IMG/VR virus record: IMGVR_UViG_3300025936_000016
Span: 32,001-96,000 of that record
DNA length: 64,000 nucleotides
Source: a virus
Lineage: Duplodnaviria; Caudoviricetes
Reading direction: 5' to 3' (one strand)
This document shows, in pieces, positions 45,353 to 55,709 of this stretch. Every line of letters starts with the position of its first letter. Position 1 is the first letter of the stretch. Made by a program: the position numbers and the translations under genes. Below the pieces are notes generated by a model. It saw nothing but the letters and a program-made list of their open reading frames with translations, had not been told where the DNA came from and did no database searches.

Positions 45353-48300
45353 ATGCCTGACTACAATCCTCATTCTCCACAGATCCTGGGCCAGGAGTTC
45401 GTTGCCATACGGGACGAGGACATCACCTTCGACCCGTTCGCTGACACCTATGAGCGCGGCTTCGGATTCACCACCACCACCACTCAGACCGTAGACAATG
45501 CCCACGTCTATCTGAACACTTTCCCAGGGAAGTTCTTCTACAACGACTGCCTGACCGTTGGCATCTACCCAAGGGGCACCGAGGACCGCTCCGGCCCTGT
45601 TCGCAGGGTCATCATCCCATGCAACAACGCCATTGTTACTGGCGACAATGGTGGACTGGGCCTCTCGGCTGTCGCATTTGGCGGTGGTGCAACTACTGGG
45701 CAAGACGCTGTCTGGAACCCGAGCGGTCTCCAGTACCTCGACATCCGGGTCGGGGAGCTGTACCGGTCACGTAGCTCATTCTTCTTCGACGTCAACCGTT
45801 ACAGCAACCTTCTCAGCGGCAAGAGGATCCTCGGGGTCAACTTCCTCACCACTCTCGACGTGGGATCCACCATCTCGAACGGAGGAAATGACCAAGGGTT
45901 CCTGTCGCAGGGAATTGGTAACGGTGCCTCAATCATCGGCACCGGCAAGACTGTGTTCTACAAGCCTCTTGCTACCCCCCAGACGCCATCCACAACACTG
46001 GAGTTCGTCCGTACTCGACTTGGCGACGTCAATCCATTCTTCGGCATCGCCGGCTTTACCAGCCTCGCCACCAACTTCGCTGGGGACGTATCGCAGTGGA
46101 CGTATCCCGAGCTTCAGCGGTTCGAATTTTCTGCAGCGAACGCCCTGAACTACTGCATCTTCGTTGGCCCCGTAGGCGTGCAGTCCGGATCGACCAACTA
46201 CATCGTCTCCTACGCAGCCCTGGAAGTGTTCTTCTGTGAAGAGGCGCGGATCGGGTACGGCACGAAGATCATTAACTTCGACTTCAGTACGACAACAACG
46301 ATCCCGTACAAGTACGGGGCCAACGTCGTCCGCCTGCGCAACACCAGCGGTACCGGCCTCATCCTTCCCCCTGGAAGCTATAGCGTCACCTTCTCGGGCT
46401 CGAACATGGGCGAGAATTACCTGACCCTCCAGGACCCTGGCAACAACCCACTGTTCAATGAGCTTCGGGCCTTGAGGGAGTTCCCAGGCGTGCCGGGCAT
46501 TCAGGTGAACCTGCCCTATCCGCTTGATGATGCCGCCCTGGGCACAACGCTCACATCCGAGTCCACGCTGCTGATCCCGCAGATGTCCCTGCACGCGAGC
46601 GGTGCGGTAGGGACCACGCTCATTGACCCTCATGGGTATGGCCGGCTCGCACGAGGCCAGGTATGGGGAACCATCACGGCCACTCAGAATGTCAACGACT
46701 CTGTGACCCGTTTCGGTGGGGCCAGGCCCTGGCCCCAGGTCCGTTACTACGCCCGCCGTTTCGGCGAGACGACCGTGCCCTTGCGCCTGGACTGCCTCAC
46801 TCCGGCGGTCTCAGGTACTGGCACATTCGTACAGATAACTCCAACAGACTTTGATGCTCTCGACGAGATCGTGGACGGATGGAAAGAGGTCACACTCTCA
46901 TTCACAACGGCGCCGAATATGGGCACCGGCACCTCGGCAACCTGGCGATGGTCGGCCATATCGGAGCAGTCGGGTAACCGCTGGGAGGTACTTGGCGTCA
47001 CTGCGCCCGCTGTCTCTGGTCAACAGACATGGCTCAACCTCGACACCGCCTTCGCTCCCACAGCCCAGCAGCTTCAGACCACCACCTATGACTCTGGAGC
47101 GTCGGGTAGCACATTCCGTGAGTCATGGATGCCGTGGAATGGGCCGTATCAGTCTGCGACCACGGCCGACACCACGGCCGACGCGGTCCTGATATTCTCC
47201 CAGACTCTGCCAGCAGTTACTGGCTTCTCTGGCGCCACCCTGACTCAACAGCTTGCCACATTTGAGGACTGTGGCAATGAAGCCTGTTGTGTGCCTACAG
47301 CACTTCTCTACAATCGCCTGACCTGGGGGCTGCAACCGAATACAGGGATTGCTCAGGACTCCTTCACCCGTGTCGTAGCGAACGGATTGGGTAGTCCCGA
47401 CCTGGGCGGTGGTGGTGCCTATGTCCTCAATGGAACAAATACACAATTCGCAGTAGACGGCACTAGAGCCGTCATAACACCCAATGCCTCTGGCACGGAC
47501 TTGATGGGCACACTGCTCATTGGTCCGGACTTCGACGTCACCTGCGACCTGTCCATGCGCGACGCACTGCTTACCGGCACATCGCGGATTGGGCTGGTGG
47601 GCCGGCTCACGGACGCCAACAACTTCTACTACGCCGAGCTTGACTACACAGCACCCAATGGACCAACGACTCTGTTCGTATCCAAGAAGGTGGGTGGTGT
47701 CTTCTCGGACCTTGGCCCATCAACAGGATTCGCCCTATCAAGCTCCGTCAATGCTGGCGGAACAATCAGGATGCGGTTCGTGGGCTATGGGTCAAAGATC
47801 ATGGTCAAGGTGTGGCCGCCGCAGACGACGACTGAGCCTGTCAGCTGGGACTTCGTCACCACTGATACGAGCCTGACGACTGGCACACGCGCTGGTCTGT
47901 ACGCCGGCATGCTCACTGCAGCTGGCGGTGTCATGACCTATGACAATCTCACCATCACGCCGCCGGGGTTCTGGTTCGGCTCCTATGAGCTTCAGCGCAT
48001 GGACTCCTTGACCGACTGGAAGACCATCATGCTGGCCACGTCGCCAGCGGTCACTGCGTTCAATGACTACGAGGCCCGAGTGGACCTCACGTCGTCGTAC
48101 CGGATCCGGATGAACAACGCCCTAAACTTCCCAGGGACATGGTCGACGACTGTCCTCAACACCATTGCCAGCCCAGGCGTTTCCGGCGGTCCCTGCCTCA
48201 GTAGTGGCCACGTCATGATCTTCACGACGAACGAGCGCCAGGACGGCAGCGCCAACCTAGCCTACGCCAACGCCTTCGATGGTCAGGTCGTTGAGGACTT

Positions 48301-48637
48301 CAGCTTCCCCGAGGCCGGATTCACCCAGTACCAGGCCATGTACAACCGCGACTTCTTCACGGCCTTCCGTCCCACCGAACGCGGTGGGGAGCAGTTCTCC
48401 AGGAGCATCCTGGTGTCTGCCGCTGCCATCTCACCAGAGACTCTTGCCAACTTCGTGGACCTTCGCGACTTGGCCTGGGATACCGTGCCCTACGTCTGCG
48501 TCCGTGACGAGGACGGGAACAGGTGGTTCGCCAACATCACCGTCCCGAGCGGAAACGTTCGGAACAAGAGAAAGCTCTATATCGCCGATGTTCAGGTAAC
48601 AGAGGTCACCGACACGCCATCGCCTGTGGACCCATGA
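45353..48637 (+). CDS. large minor tail protein
   Basis: Beta-rich Thr/Gly/Ser protein after the tape measure gene; DSFTR.V..G.G motif. Confidence 0.7.
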   Translation: MPDYNPHSPQILGQEFVAIRDEDITFDPFADTYERGFGFTTTTTQTVDNAHVYLNTFPGKFFYNDCLTVGIYPRGTEDRSGPVRRVIIPCNNAIVTGDNGGLGLSAVAFGGGATTGQDAVWNPSGLQYLDIRVGELYRSRSSFFFDVNRYSNLLSGKRILGVNFLTTLDVGSTISNGGNDQGFLSQGIGNGASIIGTGKTVFYKPLATPQTPSTTLEFVRTRLGDVNPFFGIAGFTSLATNFAGDVSQWTYPELQRFEFSAANALNYCIFVGPVGVQSGSTNYIVSYAALEVFFCEEARIGYGTKIINFDFSTTTTIPYKYGANVVRLRNTSGTGLILPPGSYSVTFSGSNMGENYLTLQDPGNNPLFNELRALREFPGVPGIQVNLPYPLDDAALGTTLTSESTLLIPQMSLHASGAVGTTLIDPHGYGRLARGQVWGTITATQNVNDSVTRFGGARPWPQVRYYARRFGETTVPLRLDCLTPAVSGTGTFVQITPTDFDALDEIVDGWKEVTLSFTTAPNMGTGTSATWRWSAISEQSGNRWEVLGVTAPAVSGQQTWLNLDTAFAPTAQQLQTTTYDSGASGSTFRESWMPWNGPYQSATTADTTADAVLIFSQTLPAVTGFSGATLTQQLATFEDCGNEACCVPTALLYNRLTWGLQPNTGIAQDSFTRVVANGLGSPDLGGGGAYVLNGTNTQFAVDGTRAVITPNASGTDLMGTLLIGPDFDVTCDLSMRDALLTGTSRIGLVGRLTDANNFYYAELDYTAPNGPTTLFVSKKVGGVFSDLGPSTGFALSSSVNAGGTIRMRFVGYGSKIMVKVWPPQTTTEPVSWDFVTTDTSLTTGTRAGLYAGMLTAAGGVMTYDNLTITPPGFWFGSYELQRMDSLTDWKTIMLATSPAVTAFNDYEARVDLTSSYRIRMNNALNFPGTWSTTVLNTIASPGVSGGPCLSSGHVMIFTTNERQDGSANLAYANAFDGQVVEDFSFPEAGFTQYQAMYNRDFFTAFRPTERGGEQFSRSILVSAAAISPETLANFVDLRDLAWDTVPYVCVRDEDGNRWFANITVPSGNVRNKRKLYIADVQVTEVTDTPSPVDP

Positions 48638-48638
48638 C

Positions 48639-49724
48639 ATGGTGCTCACCAACTTCCCCTCTGACTCCTTGCTGGACCTACCGCCATGGTCGGCCCAGAG
48701 AAAGGCGTCGTTTCGGTTTGAGCTGGCCGACCGGGTCTCCGGCCTTAAGCTGGGCGACATCACTCCAATCCGTACCGCGTCCCTTAGTCACAACACGACG
48801 AGGCTCGTCAAGCGGCAGCTGACCATTGCCTTGGGCGTCACTGACACTACGAACATCAACCCGATCAGCGACATGGTCACTGTCTTTATGACGTTTCCTA
48901 GCGGCGCTGAGTATCCCCTTGGCCAGTTCATATTCACAGACGCCAGCTACCAGTTGTTCACCTCGGGACGCCTGTCCAATATGGTGCTGAACGACTTCAT
49001 GTACCTGGTCAATCAACAGATCGAGAAGGGGTTCTCGGCACTGACCCTGGTCGGGACCACCGCCACCCAAATAGGTTCGACGATCAGTAACTGCGTCAGT
49101 CGACTTGTTGATGACCTACCCATCCAAGTCAAGATTGAGGCGAGCCCCTTCCTCACGGTCCAGACCTGGGCCCCAGGGGCGACCAAAGGAAGTATCTTCG
49201 AGGAGATAGCCCTCACGGGGGACTACTTCAGCCCCTGGTTCGACAACAACGGATTCATGAGGTGGATCCGCTCATTTGATCCGGCCCTGGCCATTCCTGA
49301 CTTTGACTGGGATGCCGGGAATCAGGTGACTCGGGCGAACTTGCTTTCCACCAGCAATGTCCTCACCGCGCCCAACAGGTTTGTCGTCATCTCCAACAAC
49401 CCCATTGATCCCAACATCCCCACCTTCGGCTCAGCAAACGTACCAGTAACCGCGCCGAACTCGATTCAGAACCGGGGATTCGTCATCCCCAAGATCGTCG
49501 ATATGCAGGCCCTAGATACGTTGCAGTGCAACGCCATCGCCGCCAACCTAGTCCAAAGGCAAACCATCTTCGAGACCATGAACGTTGTAACAGCGGCAGA
49601 CCCTCGTCACGACTCATACAACGTTGTTCATTGGCAAGGCGATCTGTGGTTGGAGCTGGCCTGGGACCTGCCCCTTAAAGAAGGAGCAGCCATGGGCCAT
49701 ACGCTACGGAAATCCTACAGGTGA
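48639..49724 (+). CDS. minor tail protein
   Basis: Position; PWFD..G, PNRFVV motifs. Confidence 0.65.
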   Translation: MVLTNFPSDSLLDLPPWSAQRKASFRFELADRVSGLKLGDITPIRTASLSHNTTRLVKRQLTIALGVTDTTNINPISDMVTVFMTFPSGAEYPLGQFIFTDASYQLFTSGRLSNMVLNDFMYLVNQQIEKGFSALTLVGTTATQIGSTISNCVSRLVDDLPIQVKIEASPFLTVQTWAPGATKGSIFEEIALTGDYFSPWFDNNGFMRWIRSFDPALAIPDFDWDAGNQVTRANLLSTSNVLTAPNRFVVISNNPIDPNIPTFGSANVPVTAPNSIQNRGFVIPKIVDMQALDTLQCNAIAANLVQRQTIFETMNVVTAADPRHDSYNVVHWQGDLWLELAWDLPLKEGAAMGHTLRKSYR

Positions 49725-49728
49725 CCCA

Positions 49729-50505
49729 GTGACAGAATCTGTACTTACTACAGCGACAGCATCCAGTGCCGAGGTATCTACCACATTGGTGGATTCCCTC
49801 ATCGCGCAGGCAAGGGCACTTGGCCTGACCTGGACGCTACGCCTTGCCACGGTCATCACAGTGACGCCACTTCAGGCCATCTTCGACAGTGATGACACTC
49901 CACTGGAAATGACATCAATGATCGGGCCTATCACATCGGGCTCAAGGATCTACGTCATCATCATTCCGCGCTCAGGAAACTTTGTCGTGGGTCGTGTCGG
50001 CGGAACTCCAACCCGGTACCTGGGCGCGAACATCGGGACAGCCACTGGGTTCGCCGCAAGCTCAACGGGCACCGAGGTCGCGTTTGCATCTTCCTTCTGG
50101 AACGTCGCTGAGCCCACCTTCACGTTCAGCCCACATGGCTTCTTCCGGCTCGAAGCCGAATTGGCGCCAGCACCCAGTACTGCGACGCCGAAGTCAGCCA
50201 TCTGGAGAATTCGAAAGGGTCAGGCCACAACCACAGGGACTGTCCTTGGGGTCTTCTATGTCACCATGGCTGCCCCGTTTGCCAACGTCGGATTCTCCAA
50301 CAGAGTCTTCTGCTACGTAAGAAACACCAGTGATTCTGACGTGGTCACCAAGTTGTCCATGACGGTGCAGGCATCCCTGGGCACAGGGGCATCGCAGATA
50401 TATGCCGGAGACTCTGGCTCTCCCACATTCATCGCAGTCAAGGAGGTCGGAACCATCGACGACACCGGGAACATGGTTCAAATATCCGCCAACATAGCTC
50501 TCTAA
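49729..50505 (+). CDS. minor tail protein
   Basis: Position, beta-rich. Confidence 0.55.
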   Translation: MTESVLTTATASSAEVSTTLVDSLIAQARALGLTWTLRLATVITVTPLQAIFDSDDTPLEMTSMIGPITSGSRIYVIIIPRSGNFVVGRVGGTPTRYLGANIGTATGFAASSTGTEVAFASSFWNVAEPTFTFSPHGFFRLEAELAPAPSTATPKSAIWRIRKGQATTTGTVLGVFYVTMAAPFANVGFSNRVFCYVRNTSDSDVVTKLSMTVQASLGTGASQIYAGDSGSPTFIAVKEVGTIDDTGNMVQISANIAL

Positions 50506-50515
50506 GGATGATGAT

Positions 50516-51592
50516 ATGAGAGTCATGGTCCTTCCGGCCGACATGGCCGGGTGCGGGAGTTACCGCCTCATCTGGGTCTCGGAATACCTCCAGTCTCAGG
50601 GCTACGACGTCACGATCCAGTACCCCAAGGACCCTAAGACCGGCATGGAGGTTCACTTCCGAGGCGACGTCGTGGGTGATCCCAATGCTGAGATCATTGA
50701 CGTGCGGCTGGACCAGGAAGCCGATGTGCTCGTTATGCAGCGACTGAGCCACACCTGGCACAGCAGGGCGGTCCAGGTACTTCGTCAAAAGGGCATGGCC
50801 GTCGTCATCGACATGGATGACGACCTGTCCTGTATCCATCGCGACAACAAGGCCTACTGGACCTATCACCCCAGGAATACCCGTACGCCATTCTCCTGGA
50901 AAAACGTGGAGCAGGCGTGCAAAGACGCCACCATGGTGACGGTCTCCACCAAGGAACTGCTCAAGGTATACGCCCGGCACGGACGTGGGCATGTCCTCGA
51001 CAACTACATCCCAGCCCGGGTCCTGAACATCTCGGTGGACCAGGAGAAGGTCTTTGGCTGGGCCGGGACGACGGACAGCCACCCGAACGACTGCCAGGTC
51101 ACGGGCAACGCGGTCCAGCAGCTCATCGACGACGGCTACGACTTCAAGATCGTTGGCCCTGCGTCCCGGAGTCAGCAAGTGTTCCGACTCAAGGAAGAGC
51201 CCCGGAACACGGGCACCTTGTCGCCTTTCAACTGGACGACGGAGGTGGCCCGGCTTCAGGTTGCCATGGCCCCGCTGGCGACCACCGCGTTCAACACCTC
51301 GAAGTCCAGGCTCAAGGTTCTGGAGGCCTCGTCGGTCGGCGTGCCCTGGGTGGCGTCCCCTCGGGCCGAGTACCGACGCTTCCATCAGGAATGTGGGGGT
51401 GGGATACTCGCTGACAACCCAAAGGACTGGTATAAAAACGTCAAGCAGCTGATGGATGACTCGGGGTTGCGTAAGGAGCTGGCCGAACGGGGCCGGACCT
51501 TCTGCCAGTCACAGACGATTGAAGGCAACGCATGGCGGACATGGGAAGCATGGGAGCGGGCCCTGAAAATTCAGCGAGGCGTGACCACCTAG
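50516..51592 (+). CDS. glycosyltransferase, GT-B fold (GT4-like)
   Basis: GCG.YR, V.QR, D.DD, GWAG...H, APL....FN.SKS.LK.LE....G.P.VAS...Y. Confidence 0.88.
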   Translation: MRVMVLPADMAGCGSYRLIWVSEYLQSQGYDVTIQYPKDPKTGMEVHFRGDVVGDPNAEIIDVRLDQEADVLVMQRLSHTWHSRAVQVLRQKGMAVVIDMDDDLSCIHRDNKAYWTYHPRNTRTPFSWKNVEQACKDATMVTVSTKELLKVYARHGRGHVLDNYIPARVLNISVDQEKVFGWAGTTDSHPNDCQVTGNAVQQLIDDGYDFKIVGPASRSQQVFRLKEEPRNTGTLSPFNWTTEVARLQVAMAPLATTAFNTSKSRLKVLEASSVGVPWVASPRAEYRRFHQECGGGILADNPKDWYKNVKQLMDDSGLRKELAERGRTFCQSQTIEGNAWRTWEAWERALKIQRGVTT

Positions 51593-51602
51593 GCAGCGCT
51601 CA

Positions 51603-52319
51603 GTGACTGCTCAATTTGCAGTCGTATCCAAGCGGCCCCCAGCGGCCAGTCGATTCGCGGTCGTCCCCACCAACCGTCGTCCGTGTGTGCTCAAGGCCCT
51701 GGGCGCCATCGCCCCGCAGGTCGATAAGGTCATCGTTATCGAGACCCTTGGGTCCATCGCCCCAGATCCCGTGCATAGCAACGCTATCCGGGCCCATGCC
51801 CCTGGCGTCAGCATCTTCGTAGATGACAAGCCGGGCATGAGCGTGTCCCGGTGGTGGAACAAGGGCCTGGGCCTGGCTCAGCACTTCGCCCGAAGGGCCG
51901 GTCTGGAAAAGTGGGAAGTCGCCGTCCTCAACGACGACGTCATCGTGCCCGAGGGCTGGTTCGACGCCGTGTCCCATGGCCTGCGCCACCTCCAGGCCGT
52001 GGCCGCCTGCTCTGGCGGCCTCCTCCCGAAGCCGATCCTGCACACCAAGCCAGGGCCGGTGAACCTCATGACCCGCATGCAGGGCTTCGCCTACATGCTG
52101 GCCGGAGAGTGGGAACTCAGGGCCGACGAGACCATGCCGTGGTGGTGCTCTGACGATGACCTGGACTGGACGGCGAGGGCCCTTGGCGGCATGGTCATGA
52201 TCCCTGGCTTCCACGTCGACCACCTCTATCCCAATGGCCAGATGACACCGGAACTCCACGTCCAGGCCGGCCAGGACATGGAGACCTTCGTGGCCAAGTG
52301 GAAAGAGAGGCCCTGGTGA
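51603..52319 (+). CDS. glycosyltransferase, GT-A fold (GT2-like)
   Basis: VVPT, SRWWN.G, VLNDD, DE...WW..DDD. Confidence 0.75.
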   Translation: MTAQFAVVSKRPPAASRFAVVPTNRRPCVLKALGAIAPQVDKVIVIETLGSIAPDPVHSNAIRAHAPGVSIFVDDKPGMSVSRWWNKGLGLAQHFARRAGLEKWEVAVLNDDVIVPEGWFDAVSHGLRHLQAVAACSGGLLPKPILHTKPGPVNLMTRMQGFAYMLAGEWELRADETMPWWCSDDDLDWTARALGGMVMIPGFHVDHLYPNGQMTPELHVQAGQDMETFVAKWKERPW

Positions 52320-52960
52320 CATTGCACCGAGACCAGCTCCTGGTCCGATTGCACCAGATCATCCATCCGACCGTCTATCTGGAGACCGGGGTTCAGCTGG
52401 GCGGGTCCCTGAGCCTGGCCGGAGGAGCCCACCTGGCCATCGGTGTCGACCCAAACCCGCTGATCCAGGAGAGCGGCAACCAGGTCATCTACGCCCAGGA
52501 CTCAGATAGCTACTTTGCGGCGCACCCTCGGCAGAATCACCAGATCATTGACTTCGGCTATGTCGACGGGGACCACACCTTCGAGCAGGCCATGCGGGAC
52601 TTCCTCAACATCCAGGCCCGGGGCAGCTATAAGACGATTGTGGCCTTCGACGATGTCCTGCCATACAACCAGACCGTGGGCTCTCGTGAGCCCGTTCCAG
52701 GAGACTGGGCCGGGGACGTGTGGCGGGTCTACGACGCCCTGAAGCTGAATCAGCCGGAACTGATCCTGGTCCTGGTCGACGTGGTTCCCACTGGGGTCCT
52801 TTTGGTCTGGAACCTGGATCCTTTCGCTGGCCCTAAGGCCTCAGTGTTTGATGCCGTTCATCCATTTTCTGGTCCAGTCCCAGATGATGTGATCAACAGA
52901 ACGTATGCTGTTGATGCCAATGAGGCGCTGGACCTCGTACAACAGAAAGTGGGGCATTAA
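52316..52960 (+). CDS. class I SAM-dependent methyltransferase (Methyltransf_24-like)
   Basis: YLETGV..G.S, GVDP, SD.YF, VDGDH..E....DF, W.GDVWR. Confidence 0.85.
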   Translation: MTLHRDQLLVRLHQIIHPTVYLETGVQLGGSLSLAGGAHLAIGVDPNPLIQESGNQVIYAQDSDSYFAAHPRQNHQIIDFGYVDGDHTFEQAMRDFLNIQARGSYKTIVAFDDVLPYNQTVGSREPVPGDWAGDVWRVYDALKLNQPELILVLVDVVPTGVLLVWNLDPFAGPKASVFDAVHPFSGPVPDDVINRTYAVDANEALDLVQQKVGH

Positions 52961-53796
52961 TGCTTGTCGCGATCACCGGTGGCGCTGGATTCGTGGGTAG
53001 TCACGTAGCCCACTACGCCAAGGAGGCCGGCCACGACGTCGTCTTTTTCGACAAGCGCCACGGCAACGACATCATGGGAGATCTGACCAATCTCGATGGC
53101 GCCGAGGCCGTCATTCATTTGGCCGGAGTCCTTGGCACCATGGAGCTGTTTGACACCATCCAGGATGCCATCGACAAGAACATCACCGGCTCCTACCGCA
53201 TCGCCAACTGGTGCCTGGAGAATGACGCCCAGTACGTCGGCATCCTGGTGCCGGACGTGTTCCCATCGATCTACTGCGCTACCAAGGTGGGAGCACAGCG
53301 CATCACCTCTGCCCTGCACCATGCAAAAGGACTGAAGGTCAGTCATGTCACAGCGTTCAACGCCCACGGGCCGGGCCAAGCGTACGGGCCGGGGCATCCA
53401 CAGAAGTTCGGACCCACCTTCTCGATTGCCGCCTGGAACAATCGACCGATCCCGGTCTGGGGAGACGGCAGCCACCTTGTCGACCCAGTCTCAGTACGAG
53501 ACGTTGCACGCATGCTTGTCGACGCTGTCAATTTCCCTGACGACCAGGTTTTTGATGGCGGAACGGGCACCACGTACACAGTCACGGAGATCGCCGAGTT
53601 CGTCCTTGAAGTGACCGGATCCACGGCTGGTATCGACTACCTGCCCATGCGGATCGGTGAGGCCAAGACCAATGTGGCCGCCACTGGTCTGGGCTGGGAC
53701 CTGCTCGACTGGCACCCCGAGTTCTCCTGGGACCAGCTGCGGGAGACGGTGGAATGGTACAAGGGCAAGGACGGCGAAGTTATCGCCGGCTTCTAA
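52960..53796 (+). CDS. NAD-dependent sugar epimerase/dehydratase
   Basis: TGGAGFVGSH, HLAG, YCATK (YxxxK), FN.HGPGQ. Confidence 0.92.
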   Translation: MLVAITGGAGFVGSHVAHYAKEAGHDVVFFDKRHGNDIMGDLTNLDGAEAVIHLAGVLGTMELFDTIQDAIDKNITGSYRIANWCLENDAQYVGILVPDVFPSIYCATKVGAQRITSALHHAKGLKVSHVTAFNAHGPGQAYGPGHPQKFGPTFSIAAWNNRPIPVWGDGSHLVDPVSVRDVARMLVDAVNFPDDQVFDGGTGTTYTVTEIAEFVLEVTGSTAGIDYLPMRIGEAKTNVAATGLGWDLLDWHPEFSWDQLRETVEWYKGKDGEVIAGF

Positions 53797-53805
53797 GGAG
53801 AAGGC

Positions 53806-54066
53806 ATGGGTATCGACAACAAGTACGGCCACGTGACCCTGGAGCGCGGAACAGTCGGCGACGATGAGCCCGTCGTGGTCTTCCGGGCCCAGGACAAGCT
53901 CCTGCCTAAGATCCTGTCCATCTACCGGTTCCTGTGCGAGGTCGGAGGCTCACCCCAGGTCCACTTGGACCTGCTTGACAAGTCACAGGCGCAGGTCCTG
54001 GCCTGGCAGCAGGACCATCACACCCAGATTCCGCGCAGTGACGGGTACCAGGAAACCACGGTTTAG
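53806..54066 (+). CDS. hypothetical phage protein
   Basis: AAGGAG RBS; DEPVVVFRAQD. Confidence 0.75.
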   Translation: MGIDNKYGHVTLERGTVGDDEPVVVFRAQDKLLPKILSIYRFLCEVGGSPQVHLDLLDKSQAQVLAWQQDHHTQIPRSDGYQETTV

Positions 54067-54162
54067 TCAGGGACTAGATGTCTGGCTGATACCACTGAAC
54101 ACGGCCGTGGCAGTCCTGGATCTCATGATGCTGCTCGCCATAGTCAAGGTACTTGTGAGGGT

Positions 54163-54843
54163 ATGAACGTCGCGTTGTACACGGCTGTTTACGGGGACTA
54201 CAACCAGACCGTCTGGCCAGCCAACGTCTCATGCCCGGCTTACTACTTCACCGACTCCGAGACCAAGGCCAAGGAGGCTGAGTCCAAGGGCTGGATTCCG
54301 CGCATTGTCAGGCACAGCGTCACCACGTTCAACGGCACCGTCAAGATCGTCGAGCCGATGATGAATCACAAGTGGTGGAAGTGCCATCCGGAACTTGCCT
54401 GTCCCGGCGTGGACGTCAGCCTGTGGGTCGACGGCCGTATGGAGATCATCGACCCGGACTATGTGGGCCGATGTATCCGGGAGCTGGGCGAAGACGACTG
54501 GGCCTGCATGCCACACCCAGAGCGGATCTGTATCTACCCCGAGGCCGAGCTGTCAGCATCTCTGGTCTGGCGCTATGACCCACCCTCCATCAACACCCAG
54601 GCTGCTCACTACCGGTCCCTGGGCCACCCTGACAACTGGGACCTGGTGGCCACGGGGCGCAATGCTCGGCGGCACACACCCGAGGTCCTGGAGCTGTCGA
54701 AACAGTGGTGGTACGAGTGCCTGACCTGGAGCCACCAGGATCAGCTGTCACTGCCAGTCCTGTTCCGGGGCTCCGGGATCCGGTACAACAAGAACCTGCC
54801 CTGGTTCAATGGGGGAATCATCCTCCACGAGCATGGAGAGTAG
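54163..54843 (+). CDS. DUF616 (TOD1/MUCI70-like) glycosyltransferase
   Basis: YTA..GDY, FTD, K..P, SLW.DG, HP.R.CIY.EA, DQLSLP. Confidence 0.82.
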   Translation: MNVALYTAVYGDYNQTVWPANVSCPAYYFTDSETKAKEAESKGWIPRIVRHSVTTFNGTVKIVEPMMNHKWWKCHPELACPGVDVSLWVDGRMEIIDPDYVGRCIRELGEDDWACMPHPERICIYPEAELSASLVWRYDPPSINTQAAHYRSLGHPDNWDLVATGRNARRHTPEVLELSKQWWYECLTWSHQDQLSLPVLFRGSGIRYNKNLPWFNGGIILHEHGE

Positions 54844-54846
54844 GCC

Positions 54847-55104
54847 GTGAGCTACGACTACAGCGACTCCCTGGTCCTGGACCTCATCCAACGGACCCAC
54901 GTCCCGGTGGAACTCGTGGACGACAAGACCCCACCTACTCTCACCCTGGTCTGCGAGCTGTGCATCAAGTCCTGGCCATGCCCCACGGTCCTGGACCTAA
55001 GGACCTATGTCGCACGACGGGACAGCATCAGCCCAACTGCCCCCTCATTCACCCCTTCACTGCCACCCGGCCTTGACCGAGAAGGACGAAGAATAAGTGG
55101 CTGA
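54847..55104 (+). CDS. hypothetical protein (CxxC...WPCPT)
   Basis: H..V...C..C...WPCPT motif common in actinophages. Confidence 0.6.
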   Translation: MSYDYSDSLVLDLIQRTHVPVELVDDKTPPTLTLVCELCIKSWPCPTVLDLRTYVARRDSISPTAPSFTPSLPPGLDREGRRISG

Positions 55105-55702
55105 TCTGCGTCCGGGCATCACTGTCCTTATGGCGTGCCACCCGGCTCGACTGTCCAATGGCCTGGCCATTGAAGCGTTGGCCTCGATTGCACGCCAAAC
55201 CCTCCAACCCGACACCATCATCCTGATCAATGATCTGGAGATGGCGGGCGCCGGCCGCACCCGCCAGAAGCTCCTTCGCATGGTTGAAACCGAATGGATC
55301 GCGTGGCTGGACTCCGACGACACCTGGACGCCGCAGCACCTGGAGAAGCTGATGCACGTGGCCCAGGAGACCGGTTCGGTGTACGTGTCGAGCTACTTCC
55401 ATGCCCCCCACGATCCGCTGGGACACTTCGGTAAACCGCTGGATCCATGCAGCATGCACCACACCACGATGGTGAGCCTGGTCCGTACGGACATCGCCCA
55501 GGAGGTCGGGTTCCCTGACTCTAGGATCGACTCCCCATTCTCAGACGAGGATTGGGCCTTCATCTCGGGCGTGGCCAATCTATGCTGTGAGCGGGGCCTG
55601 AAGATGACGCACCTGGCCGAACGCACCTGGTTCTACCGGCAGCAGGGCCAGAACACCTCGGGCCTACCAATCCACGGCAAGGGTGACATCCCGCCAGCCT
55701 AA
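55097..55702 (+). CDS. glycosyltransferase family 2
   Basis: AL.S...QT..PD, LDSDD, EDW. Confidence 0.85.
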   Translation: MADLRPGITVLMACHPARLSNGLAIEALASIARQTLQPDTIILINDLEMAGAGRTRQKLLRMVETEWIAWLDSDDTWTPQHLEKLMHVAQETGSVYVSSYFHAPHDPLGHFGKPLDPCSMHHTTMVSLVRTDIAQEVGFPDSRIDSPFSDEDWAFISGVANLCCERGLKMTHLAERTWFYRQQGQNTSGLPIHGKGDIPPA

Positions 55703-55709
55703 GGACACT

